The position numbers and the translations under genes were made by a program. The notes under the pieces are model-generated. The model saw only the letters and a program-made list of their open reading frames with translations, ran no database searches and had not been told where the DNA came from. From Octopus sinensis (Eukaryota): DNA of 64,000 bases. The stretch is from assembly GCF_006345805.1 (NCBI RefSeq), contig NC_043007.1, forward strand, positions 4,464,001-4,528,000. Reading direction: 5' to 3'. Positions 52,390 to 64,000 of the stretch are shown one piece after another; within the stretch, counting starts at the first letter, position 1, and each line of letters begins with the position of its first letter.

Positions 52390-52780
52390 AGTCTTTTATT
52401 CTTTTACTTGTTTCAGTCATTTGACTGCGGCCATGCTGGAGCACTACCTTTAGTCTAACAAATTGATCCTCAGAACTTATTGTATTGGTCCCTTTTGCTG
52501 AACCACTAAGCTGTGGGGACGTAAACACACCAACACAAAAAATATATATATATATAATTGTTAAAGAGGACAACAAACATTAAGGCAAGGCAAACATCTC
52601 AAGTCATGTAAATTATCATTATTGGAGGCTTCTTTCAGTTTCCATCTACCAAATCCACTCACAAGGCTTTGGTCAGCTCAAAGTTATAGTGGAAGACACT
52701 TGCCCGAGGTGCCGTGCAATGGGACTGAACCCAGAATCATGTGGTTGGGAAGCAAGCTTCTTACCACACAGCCATGCTCG
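52390..52780 (-). mobile_element. SINE family C
   Basis: Aligns with 30530-30930. Confidence 0.88.
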
Positions 52781-53737
52781 TATGTATGTATGTATATAGT
52801 GGTGTAGATGCAAACTAAGCAATGGAGTCAAGAAGCTGGAGTGATAACCATCAGCCATTTGATCCTGGATTAGATCCCTCTCCATGGAACCATGGAAACG
52901 TTCTACTCTCACCTGAAATTGACCCACAACATGTGAGTTAAATTTGGCAGACTGCAACATGGAAGCCCCTTCTCTCTCTCTCTCCTTTGCGTACACATAC
53001 ATACCTGCTCATACATACAGATGTGTGATCATCATCATTATTAATTAACATCCATTAAATGATGATGATACATACACACACAAATACCTGTATGTATGTA
53101 TGTGAACTGCGATAGGTGGACCACGACAGGTGACCCACGATATGGCGAGGGGTTACTGTCCTTTTATATTTGGATGGGATATTGTGTTTCCTTTTCCTTT
53201 TATGCAAACTGCCCACTTTAGCCCAAACACCCTGCATGTATTTATAATTTACTGTTCCATTATTAGTGATGGGATCAGCAAGAAGAGTACTCCATCCAGT
53301 AGTAGCTCAAATTTAAATCCTGCCTGCATGTATGCATGTGTATATATGCGTTTATGTATATCATATAATGTTTCTCATCAATTTTTACTGCATTGTGGTG
53401 TATGTGTCTGTGTATGTTTGTGTGTGTGTGTTCATAAAACACCAGTCACTCAATATATACCCTCAATATAAACCTATTGTTCATATCTGTCAGACCTGAT
53501 TCGAGTCTCTCCAACTTAAATACTTAGAAATAAGAATGACAGCTTTTAAAACCTCTAAGTTTCACCACAAGGAATAATTTTTCAAGAAACCTTCACATCC
53601 CACATACCAAGAAACAAGAACCACTTGAATTGAAATGAATCAATAATAATCTATGCATTATCTAAATAATTCATTATAATCCTCACACCTGGCCTCAGTC
53701 ATTAACCCCACCCTTTGTTAAACCACAACATACATCC

Positions 53738-54470
53738 CTGTCATGCTGATGACAGCTACTCAGGTAGAAACATGTACCCTCCATTGTTAGAAATCCTTCA
53801 TCCACAGATTACTATCGGAACTTCTTCTTATTTACCATTCATGAATTTGCATTGATGTTTATAAGTTTACCAGAAAACTTGTCCAAATACATGCCTCTGG
53901 TCACACTCAGTTGTTTCATCATCATCATCATCATCATTGTCGTCGTCATTTAATGTATGCTTTTCATGCTGACTTGGGTTAGATGGTTTGACTGAGGACT
54001 GGCGAGCCAGAAGGCTATACCAGGCTCCAATCCCTTCTGGCAATGTTTCTACAGTTGTATGCCCTTACTAATGCCAACCACTCCAAGAGTGTTTTTATAT
54101 ACCACCGGCACGAGAACCAGTCAGGCGGTACTGGCATTGGCCATGCTTGGATGATGTGTTTTATGTGCCACCAGCATGGGAGCCAGTCAGGCAGCATTGG
54201 CAACAACCATGCTAAAATAGTGCTTTTTACATGCCACCGGCATGGGACCAGTCAGCTGGCATTTGCATTGACGTTAATTTTCATTTACTTTATGAAAATT
54301 ATCTTGACCATAAACGTGTTCTACACTTTTTGTACATGTCAATGCCCCTTGGTTGCTGGACATAGGGTAGGACTGCTGTCATGCTGATGACAGCTACTGA
54401 GGTAGAAACATGTGTCCTTAACATTTCTCATCCTTCTTCAGAAAATTCTTAATCCTTGAGATTATCTCAC
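53738..54470 (+). repeat. Direct-repeat pair carrying CTGATGA...GAAACATGT, separated by a SINE B insertion
   Basis: ctgtcatgctgatgacagctact(c/g)aggtagaaacatgt at 53738-53775 and 54376-54413, with weaker downstream similarity. Confidence 0.7.
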
Positions 54471-54993
54471 CTTCTCATATGGAACTGGTCTCAATTGCTG
54501 TATGGTAATTGTGACACATCTTCTTGAAGCAGAGACAATATTAATAAATGAAGAATTTATGTTGTATGGTATTTGATAGACCTGCATTTGTCTGCGTTGT
54601 TTAACTCCATTCTACTGGTGGCCACTCTGAGTTATTTTTCTTAGCTCATTCATGTTTCTCACACACACACACACATGCGCATGCATATATATGTGCTTGT
54701 TCGTTTTTAATTCTGCTCTCCCATACTACCATATGTTAGATGATTACATATTGCTGAAATATTGTTTCATGGCTGGATGCTCTCCCTGCCACCAACCTTT
54801 ACCTGCTTTTCAAGTAAGAGAGTTTTCATTTCACTTAATTTTGAAAGTGCACAGCAACCAGATGATTTGTTGGTTGAGAAATGGCTTCAGAGACATTGAC
54901 ACAGCTCAGCAATATTTCCTGTGATCACAGAGCTGTGAAGTGACACACACACATACACACCCACATGTGTGAGCATGTGTATGTATATATATA

Positions 54994-55047
<54 letters not shown>

Positions 55048-55572
55048 GTGCAAGTGTATGTGTTCTTGTATGCATATATATATATATATATGTGTGTGTG
55101 TGTTTCTGCATATATATATAAGTATATATGAGTGGGTATGTATGTGTGTGTCTGTATATGTGCTTTTATTTTTCTATGCATATGTATCCATGAACACCAC
55201 ACACACCACACACACACACACACACGCATTTTTTAAAAATATTACTTAAAATACTTAAATGCTGCAATTTTATGAGGACGATTCTTATAGTAACCAGTTT
55301 CTATGAGTTTCCAGCTGTTTGGAATATTCTCACAAGAGCTAGAAATGAAATGAAAAATGTGAGCCTTGAACAGCTGTTTTTGCTCGTCACTTGCTCAATT
55401 TTTTTGAAAAGCAAAGATAAGCGTCTTCTTCATAACTTTTTTATAATATTTCAAAATATTCAAACAACAGCAAATTCAAAGGAAAACAGGCCTGGATTAC
55501 CTGCTGAATGGTTGAAAATGTGAAACTCAAACAACTGGAATTAGGGGCCATTTATAGTTATTATGAGTATAC

Positions 55573-55706
55573 AGATGCAGGTGTGGCTGTGCTTCTCAGC
55601 CACATGGTTCTGGGTTCAGTCCCACTGTGTGGCACTTTGGACAAGTGTCTTCTACTATAGCCTCACACTGACCAAAGCCTTGTGAGTGGATTGGGTGGAC
55701 AGAAAC

Positions 55707-55738
<32 letters not shown>

Positions 55739-55898
55739 AGTATATGTTTGTGTGTCTGTGTTTGTACCCCCACCATCGCTTGACAACTGATGTTGGTGTG
55801 TTTATATACCCGCAACTTAGCGGTTCAGCCAAACAGACCAATATAATAATTACTAGGCTTACAAAGAATAAGTCCTGGGGTCAATTTGTTCAGCTAAA
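55573..55898 (+). mobile_element. SINE family C
   Basis: Plus-strand copy with ggttcagtcccactg B-box-like motif and internal (TA)n. Confidence 0.88.
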
Positions 55899-56228
55899 AG
55901 AATAGACAGAATATACAGAGGAAAATGATGAAGAGACGTTAAAAGATATAGTGACTAGCTATTCATATCAAAAATATAAATTATTTTTGTATATTTTTCC
56001 CAGACATATATTTATGTTTCTAGCAGTCTTACATTTAAAACAAAATGTTTTGTGTGTGTGTGTGAGAGAGAGAGGTAGGGGAGAGATCTTCACTGAATAT
56101 GATGCTGGTAGATAGAACACTAATGTGAATAAAATCAACTGTGTGTGTGTGGAACAAACTGACAGATCCCATTTCTTCTTCTTCTTCTTCTTCTTCTTCT
56201 GATTATTATTATTATTATTATTATTATT

Positions 56229-56774
56229 GAGTGAGAGAGCAGTTCATGCCATCAAAGTGACACTGGGGTAAAATATACGAAGCCCAATATACCCATCATG
56301 ACTACCCGTCTGATAAAGGTACACCAGGCACATGCATCACAACCATATGTGCGCGACATGGTGATCTCATATCAAGATAAACAGCACATGACCTTGCAGG
56401 TGGGGCCCAGTTAGAATTTTCTTCAGGTTGAGTAGCCCATCCCGCTCAAACGGTCTCTGAATAAGGTTTATTTAAGGATGTTGAAAGAACCACCCATGTT
56501 TCCAGAGGTGAACTATTCAAACCCCAAAGAATCCCTCTCAACACATGGCTATGATGCTCCCCCACTACTTCTGCTCGTGATCAGAGATGCACATATCGTC
56601 AGCCACTAAGGGACATGCTCAACTGGTTAAGGTCAAACAACTGACAAGCAAATCTGTGGTATTGAGCAGAATATTTGCTGTAGCCCATCTTTTATACCAA
56701 GACAAAACAATGTACATGATAACACTTCCAATCAGTTAAGATCAAAAGCCATGAGAGCCACTGCCTGGTACTGC
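56229..56774. mobile_element. Non-coding element of about 545 bp inserted in an (ATT)n microsatellite (family E)
   Basis: Higher-GC block with sharp ends and (ATT)n on both flanks; single copy in this window. Confidence 0.6.
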
Positions 56775-56964
56775 ATTATTATTATTATTATTATTATTAT
56801 TATCATTATTATTATTATTATTATTATCATCATTATTATTATAACAGATTTATGGAATAGCTCAAATGTTTCGTTTCTTCAAAAAGAATTTGGTACATTT
56901 TGGAATCATGCATACAGAATGTTTGAGTTTAACAAATGCCATGTAAGAAGGTCCTGGCAGTATT

Positions 56965-57275
56965 TATGTGTTGTTGTTTGTTCCTTCTCAAGCGATGCCT
57001 GGTTCATAAGGGCCAGTTTCCCAGTTTCCTTTGCATATAGGTTCCCCACCTGGACGGGATGCCGGTCTGTCTCAGATGAACTGTTAGATGCAAGAGAAAA
57101 GAGTGAGAGAAAGTTGTGGCAAAAGAGTCAGCAGAAGTTCACCATTACCTTCTGTCATAGCCTCGTAGAGCTTAGGTGTTTCGCTCATAAACACACATGT
57201 CACCCGGTCTTAGATTCGAACCCGCAATCCTTCAACCATAAGTCCGCTGCTCTAACCATTTGGCCATGTGACCCC
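56965..57275 (-). mobile_element. tRNA-derived SINE family F
   Basis: Minus strand tggccaaatggttagagcagcggac...gcgggttcgaatct provides A and B boxes; (CAA)n tail. Confidence 0.8.
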
Positions 57276-57586
57276 ACAATAATATTTATAGCTCCTGCTA
57301 ATTGTTATTTTTTGCAATATGTCTATATCTCCAATTACTAATTATTAATATTATTTAAGATGAGTTCAAACCTTGCTGAGTTGTGGGGGCCAGCTCAGCT
57401 TTTCACTTCTTTTAGGGTTGATAAAACAAAGCCAGTTATACATTCAATTCAGTCTACTCCATCCTTCTTCTTGAAATTCTTGGCCTTGTGCCAATGTAAA
57501 GAAATCATTATTATTTCCTTTGGGAACCCTTCATATATTTATTATATCCTTCATAATTTAACTGCACACACTCACTCACACTCTCC

Positions 57587-57624
<38 letters not shown>

Positions 57625-57828
57625 ACACATTCCATGCTGGAATGGTGTTGGATGGTTTTTGCAATTGTTTTTACAGCTTGATACCCTTCCTACTGCTAAC
57701 TCTTCAACTCTTAGGTGGGAGTGGAACCTTTTTCTTTTTGTTATTTTTGTGCTGTCAGGAAAACTGGAACACAGCAGGGTCACTACACAATACCAAAGGT
57801 TGGGCTATACATACATACATTAATATAT

Positions 57829-57877
<49 letters not shown>

Positions 57878-58372
57878 CACACGCACATACATACGAAGGT
57901 AGAATAAGAATAGTCTTATACACACATATATATACACACATGCACACAAAGATAGAATGAGAATAGTCTTATACATACACATATATAAAAGCACAGACAC
58001 AAATAAACTGTATATTTACAAACCTAGAATTCAACATATTTTTTGCTTTATTCATTTTATGTTGTATATTTATTACTATTTCGTATTTCACTGTAATGTT
58101 GTAGTGTATTTGGTATCACTGTGGTGACTGAAGAAGGTAGTGGTGGAAGGGAAGTAGTAGAGGTAGCACCATGCTGGGATTACATAATCTGGCAGTAGTT
58201 AAATTAGGTACCTGTACATTCATTCACACCAGGGTCAATAAAAACAAGTGCCAATCCTGTGCTGGGGTAAATTTCATAACTTGCTTTACAAATTCCCCTC
58301 CTCCTCCTCCTCATCATCATCATCATCATTCTCATAAGTTTAGCAGATAATATATTTTTTTATTTGTGTGTA

Positions 58373-58587
58373 AAGGCGGCGAGCTGGCAGAATCGTTAGC
58401 ACACTGGGCAAAATGCTTAGTAGTATTTCATGTGTCTTTACATTCTGAGTTCAAATTCCGCTGAGGTCGACTTTGCCTTTTATCCTGTCGGGGTCGATAA
58501 ATTAAGTACGAGTTGTGTACTGGAGTCGATCTAATTCACTGGCCCCCTTCCCAAAAATTTCTGGCCTTGTGCCTAGAGTAGAAAAGA
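58373..58587 (+). mobile_element. SINE family A, full length with TSD
   Basis: Starts aaggcggcgagctggcagaatcgttagc and is flanked by ttttatttgtgtgta. Confidence 0.92.
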
Positions 58588-60048
58588 ATATATCTTTTAT
58601 TTGTGTGTATGATGTTAAAAGGATTTTCTCCATCACTTTCACTCTACCATTTTAACGAGGGTGACTTCATGTGAGAGCAAATGCTTTTACGGCTGGTTGC
58701 TGTTCCTATTCGCCAATACAACTAGAATTTCATACCTTCTGTATTGAAATATAATTCAATGATTTTCACAAGATTTGAACTCATGCCCACACTTTCAGTA
58801 GTGTGTACTCATGGGATATAATACTGTAAACCTTTTAAACCTAAAATGAGGCTAAGTCTCAGAATATTTGGATCAAGTGTCTAAATCTTTGCTGTGAGTT
58901 ACTGAGATTATAATTTTTCAGACAATGTCATCTCTAGTGATGAAAATTGTTTTAATATTTAAGGTTAACCTTACTTCGTCACCAAATATCTTATACCTGG
59001 ATGTGTATGTAATATTAGACGATATTTGAAATTGAATAGATGTGGGTTCATGGCTTACGTAATGTTGTTTCACATGGCCTAATGAATAAAAGCGTTATTA
59101 CTTTTACTTTAGAAATAAAAGCTTTGAGTTTAAATCCAGTCTGCTACAATGTACATATCTGAGAATAAAACACTTGATGATGATTAGAAATCAAATTTAC
59201 CAAAACAGCATAAATATATGTTTTAAAAAGATGTTTCATTTCTAAAGGTGAATAGGTTAACTGTTTGAAAACCTAAAATATTTAAATTAGTTTATCATTC
59301 AACTATGGTAGTAGTTGAATAATATTCCTAAGGATGCAATTTGCTCACATGCAGCATCTTTAAGAGCTTGTTGCTAATTCAGTTCTTAACTAAATGGAAA
59401 ACTGTTAACGTTTTTAAGAGGACTGGTCCCTAGCTACATTTTAGCAAAACAAAAATTGAGATTTGATCCAGTAGAAAAAAGTTTACATCAAAATTTGTAA
59501 CAATGTTATAGGAGAGTAAGTAATGCCATCAATCAAGTTTAGATCTAAATAACCGTTTTTTTTTATTTTAAAAACAAAATATATTTATTTTAGCTTCAGT
59601 GATTGAAGAAAACATGAGGAATCTCATAGTTTTGGCCCCATGCAAAAAAGATTTGTATCAAAAATGTTGTGAGGTAAAATATCATGAAAAAAAATATATA
59701 AGTAAAGCAAAAAATTGGATTTAATTATAATTAACTTTCTTTATTTTAATAACAAACTATATTGTAATTAAGCTTAAATGATAGGGCTCAATTCAAGGAA
59801 TTTCATGGTATTAATCTTGCGCAACAAAGTTTTAAAAGAAAATAGTTATGAGTGTTTGTTTCTCAAATTTGAGGGTGATAATACAGTTCAATATGTTTTT
59901 ATGAAAATAGTTCTTCTATAAGAGGAATTTTAATATATGTCACTGGCATCATTAAGGTAAGGAAAAAGTTATCAACGCCACTGCTAATTGACACATTTCA
60001 TACATTATTATCTAGCATAATAGCAGAGCCTGGAAAAAACATAGACTA

Positions 60049-60861
60049 CATGGGAAAATGCGAGCAAGAGAAATAATATTCTTAAGATTATAAACCTGGA
60101 AAAGTACAGGACAAATTATTACACTTGGAAAAGTTCAGGACAAGAAAACTTTTACTTAAAATATTGCAGCTAAGGATAAAATTTGAATATTAAAAATTAT
60201 TTAATTTTAATTTACAAAGTATCATTATTATGAAAAATGGTACCTCATTTTGTTAAAATATTTAGACACTAGAATACTTAAAAAATGAGAACCAGAAGCA
60301 CCAATATAGCTAAAGTTATATGCAAAGTAGAATAGTATATATGGTAGGCAAATTCATTTTGTGAAAAATAGGTATTGGTCAAGACTAAAAATGTGAAGAC
60401 TTGGCAATAACTCAGGCAAATTTTACTGTGAATTTATTGTTACAGGTAGATTTTACTGTAATATATGATTAATTTTTGTACTATTCTATTTATTGTACTA
60501 ATTAATTATGTACTACTATCATATTTTTATAATCTATTTTCAAATTTTTAATTATTAATTAATAATGAAAAAATGAAATTTTTAGAGTACAGAAGATATT
60601 TTAATTGAGTTATTTATTATTTTTAGTAGAAAACAAGTAATAACAAATAGAAGTAATAACTTGTAATAAAATGTTTAGTTTTAATAAAAGCTAATATTTT
60701 CTAAATCTAAATATTTTATTTGAAGCTTTATCCTTAGCTGCAATATTTCAAGTAAAAAATGTTCTTGTTCTGTATTTTACCAGATGTAATAACTTGTCCT
60801 GTAATTTTCCAGGTTTATAATCTTAAGAATATTATTTCTCTCTTCCTCGCATTTTTCCATG
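60049..60861. mobile_element. Long-TIR foldback MITE
   Basis: Inverted arms of about 140-160 bp (catgggaaaatgcgag...gcagctaaggataaa / tttatccttagctgc...ctcgcatttttccatg) flanked by TA, with weaker inner symmetry. Confidence 0.85.
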
Positions 60862-62449
60862 TAATCAAATGTGCTTCAGACGTTTCCCTATTTCCTGGTA
60901 ATCCCTCCCTGAGTTACAGTATTTTTGTGGATTTCTGGAATGCAAAAATTTATTTTTTCCCCGTTAACTCCCATGTTACATAGAAGTAAATAAAAAAATG
61001 CATTTCCTGCAACCAAACGCCAAGTCAAGCAATGGGTTCATGATTGCAACTCTTCTGTAACACAGGATTTGCTGGTGGCCACACCTTGGTTCATGTCTAA
61101 TTTTTTCTATGTATAAAGTTTCATTTGGTCTGTCTGATTCTCCTCACCTTCCTGAATTCTTGTGTGGTAAGCTAGCATCCCACACAATGCAGCATCCTGT
61201 TCAATGACTTCTGTATCTCTCATTAAGGATATCTTTAAATGAATCTGACTCAGTGAGTTTCAATCTATTGTTTCAGCTGTTTTATTTGTAAATATTTTAT
61301 TTTTATTTTTTATCTTTTAATACAATTGTTTAACTAAGGCAGTGAGTTGGTAGAATCGTTAGCACACCGGGAAAAATGCTCAGCAGCCTTTTGTCTGTCT
61401 TTATGTTTTGAGTTCAAATTTCACCAAGGTCGACTTTGCCTTTCATCCTTTCTGAGTCAATAAAATAAGTACCTGTTGATCATTTTGTAGTGCTGGCCTT
61501 GTGCCAAAATTTGAAATTAACATAATTATTTTACTAAAAGGGTTTTTGTTTTTCTCTTTTTAAGGATTGGAATGTTTGATGATATAAATATCTCTGGTTT
61601 ACAAAGGTGTCAAATACAACTTTTACAAGTCAGGTGAGCTGTCACTATTTTGATGCTTCCTCAATTTATTTCTTCATATTCAGGTATTCTATTCATAAAG
61701 AAGCTCTGTTATAAATTCTTAAGCCAGAAATGGCCTTTCAGGGCTGATGTCCAGGGGGTGAATTCATCAGGTCTTCATGGTATTGTGCAAATGGGAGATG
61801 AATTTTTCTCTGGATTAAATATTAACCTGTCTTAGGAACATACCAACCTACCTGTCTCCCATTTTTGACAACTAATTTCACTGATGGACATAGAATTCGG
61901 TGAGTCTTTTTTTTCATTTGTTTCAGTTATTTGACTGTGGCCATGTTGGAGCACTGCCTATAGTCAAACAAATCGACTCCAGAACTTATTCTTTGTAAGC
62001 CTAGTACTTATTCTATCAGTCTCTTTTGCTAAACCACTAAGTTATGGTGGTTTTGCCCTTGTTTGATTTTTTTTTATTGAACTGCAGCCATGGTGGAATA
62101 TCACCTGCAAAAGTTTGTTCATTGATCATATCAACCTCAGTATTTATTTGAATCAGGCATTTATTTTATCATTCTCTTTTTATTGAATGGCTAAGTTAGT
62201 TTTGACATGAAAGTACTCTCATGGACTGATATACAAAGGCTCACACAGAAACAGTCAGAGATATGCATGTACACATATGCACACACACACACACTGACCA
62301 TCTTGGGGTTACAATAGAAAACATTTAGCTGAGGTGGACTATACAGTGGGACTCAGCCCAGAAAACTATGTGATTGCCAAACAAGCCTTTTTGACCTCAT
62401 GGCCATGCCTGTGTCACAAAACAAACTTACGTGAAGTGCAAAACTTTCA

Positions 62450-63050
62450 GCTTAATTCTAAGTTTTTGATCACTTTGAGAAGAGCTTTCAGGCATTAGTC
62501 AACTACAGCAAGTTATATCAACAGCAGATAGTCTATGCAGTCTGGTTCAAAGAGAGACCAACTCTTCTAATATGAAAATATTCTATCTCCTTGAAACGTA
62601 TTACAGTTCAACCGCTGACTTAACAATGCAGGAAGACTACTCAGTCATTCTATATAGAATCTGCAACTTATAGACCAAATGTTGTGCTGGTGTCATTTGC
62701 AGTTGCATACATTTCTTAGCATCATCTAATGCGCTGTTTAATTAAAAGTTCCATTCATATTTACTGAAGTAGAATACGATTGGTTGAGCAATGTTCGGTG
62801 CCTAAAGATATATTGCAATGGTAGCATTAGAAAACTGAAATCCATCTTGAACTGCCAGAATAAGCTAGATGTATGCAAACAAATACACCGTTCCTCCAAA
62901 CATTAATAGCACCTGGCTGTTTGATTATTAATGTAATAACGAACAGACAAACACTGTGTCTGATGATACATTTTTAATATGCTTATTGCTTAACTCAGCA
63001 ATTTGCAAATCATCCAGCAACAAGGTTCAGTCTACAGTTATTTGTTGCTT
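62450..63050 (+). pseudogene. Possible hAT (Charlie/SPIN-like) transposase relic
   Basis: FIFTEVEYDWLSNVRCLK...NSTWLFD resembles FHTEVRWLSRGKVL...D--WL; upstream IHFL...NAL resembles HCIIHQ-AL. Confidence 0.4.
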
Positions 63051-63209
63051 AATTTTATTTAACTTTATTCCTTACCTGTCATCCCTCCCTCCCTCTATCT
63101 TTCTACATATCCAGTTACCTGCCTGAATGCTTACCTGTCTCTGTCATGTCTCATGTTTCAATACAATTAAACATTAAAACCTAAAATAAATAAAAATCCT
63201 TGCTCCCCA

Positions 63210-63532
63210 ATGGTACTCCATCAGTTACGACCATGAGGGTTCCTGTTGATCCGGTCAATGAAACAGCCTACTCATAAAATTAGCATGTAAGTGGCTGAGT
63301 ACTCCACAGACATATCCTTAATGTAGTTGTCAAGGAGATTCAGCATGACACAGACTGTGACAAGGCTGGTCCCCTTTAAATTACTGGTACAACTTATTTT
63401 CGCCAACTAAATGGACTGGAGCCATGTGAAATAAAGTGTCTTGCTCAAGGACACAATACGCTGCTGGGAATTGAACTCATGATGTTATGATCACAAGCCA
63501 AATGTCCTAACCACTGAGCCACACTCCTTCAC
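63210..63532 (-). mobile_element. SINE family D
   Basis: Aligns with 30185-30515. Confidence 0.88.
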
Positions 63533-63689
63533 TCAGCATTAAAAAATAAAACCAGCGATAATTAAAACCTAAACCAATTACAAAACTCATATTGTTCGTT
63601 ATACTTTTCTGACGTTTTTGACGATTTTTTTTAGTATCTTCTGATTTAGTTAATATCAGTTTGCCATTTTGCTACAAACTACATTTAAC

Positions 63690-63770
63690 TGAAAAATGCC
63701 AGACCTCATGTCGCTTGAGATTACACCATTACAGCTCAAACATTTCAATTGGTGATTTTCAAAAATGAAC
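63690..63770 (+). pseudogene. Small mariner transposase fragment
   Basis: NARPHVA...LKHFNW matches DNARPHVA...L--F-WE. Confidence 0.45.
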
Positions 63771-64000
63771 CCAATTACCTGTGCTATACACAGCAGCAAC
63801 TATTGTGATTGGACTGAATCCTCTATGACAACCTCTGCTGTGTGGACACTACAAGAATCTACTGATGTATATATATAGATGGATGCTGCTATTTCTAAAA
63901 AGTCACTTTACTTCTTAGAAATAGTAGCTAAACTTCCTTAAATTCTCTTGCTAACATCTTTAAAAAAGAACATGTGGTCCTAAGTTCCCTGCACATTGGG

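Noticed and set aside
8271-55249. Many long ORFs rich in YI, CV, HT or MYVC
   Set aside because: They are translations of TA, CA and TATG microsatellites.
56751-57341. 196-aa ORF
   Set aside because: Built from (ATT)n and the antisense of SINE F.

Overview
AT-rich eukaryotic DNA, dense with microsatellites and decayed transposons. The SINE families resemble those I recall from octopus (coleoid cephalopod) genomes, which is an inference from sequence recall. I cannot support any intact protein-coding gene: nearly all ORFs in the track are microsatellite or SINE artefacts. Recognisable relics are Tc1, mariner, hAT, RTE, R4/Dong-like LINEs, a Penelope-like (PLE) reverse transcriptase, an internally deleted Helitron, a small intact-ended Helitron, several MITEs and at least six SINE-like families. 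The most interesting signal is a set of roughly 8-10 minimal type I hammerhead-ribozyme motifs (CUGANGA...GAAA-palindrome-UH) in several unrelated short repeats. These include a tRNA-headed, TSD-flanked SINE carrying a hammerhead, a foldback element with a core-intact hammerhead, and a family whose two copies share an unusual U at core position 6. Together with the PLE RT relic this suggests a PLE-driven set of ribozyme-bearing non-autonomous elements. All alignments, folds and translations were done by eye, so boundaries are approximate and no activity is shown.
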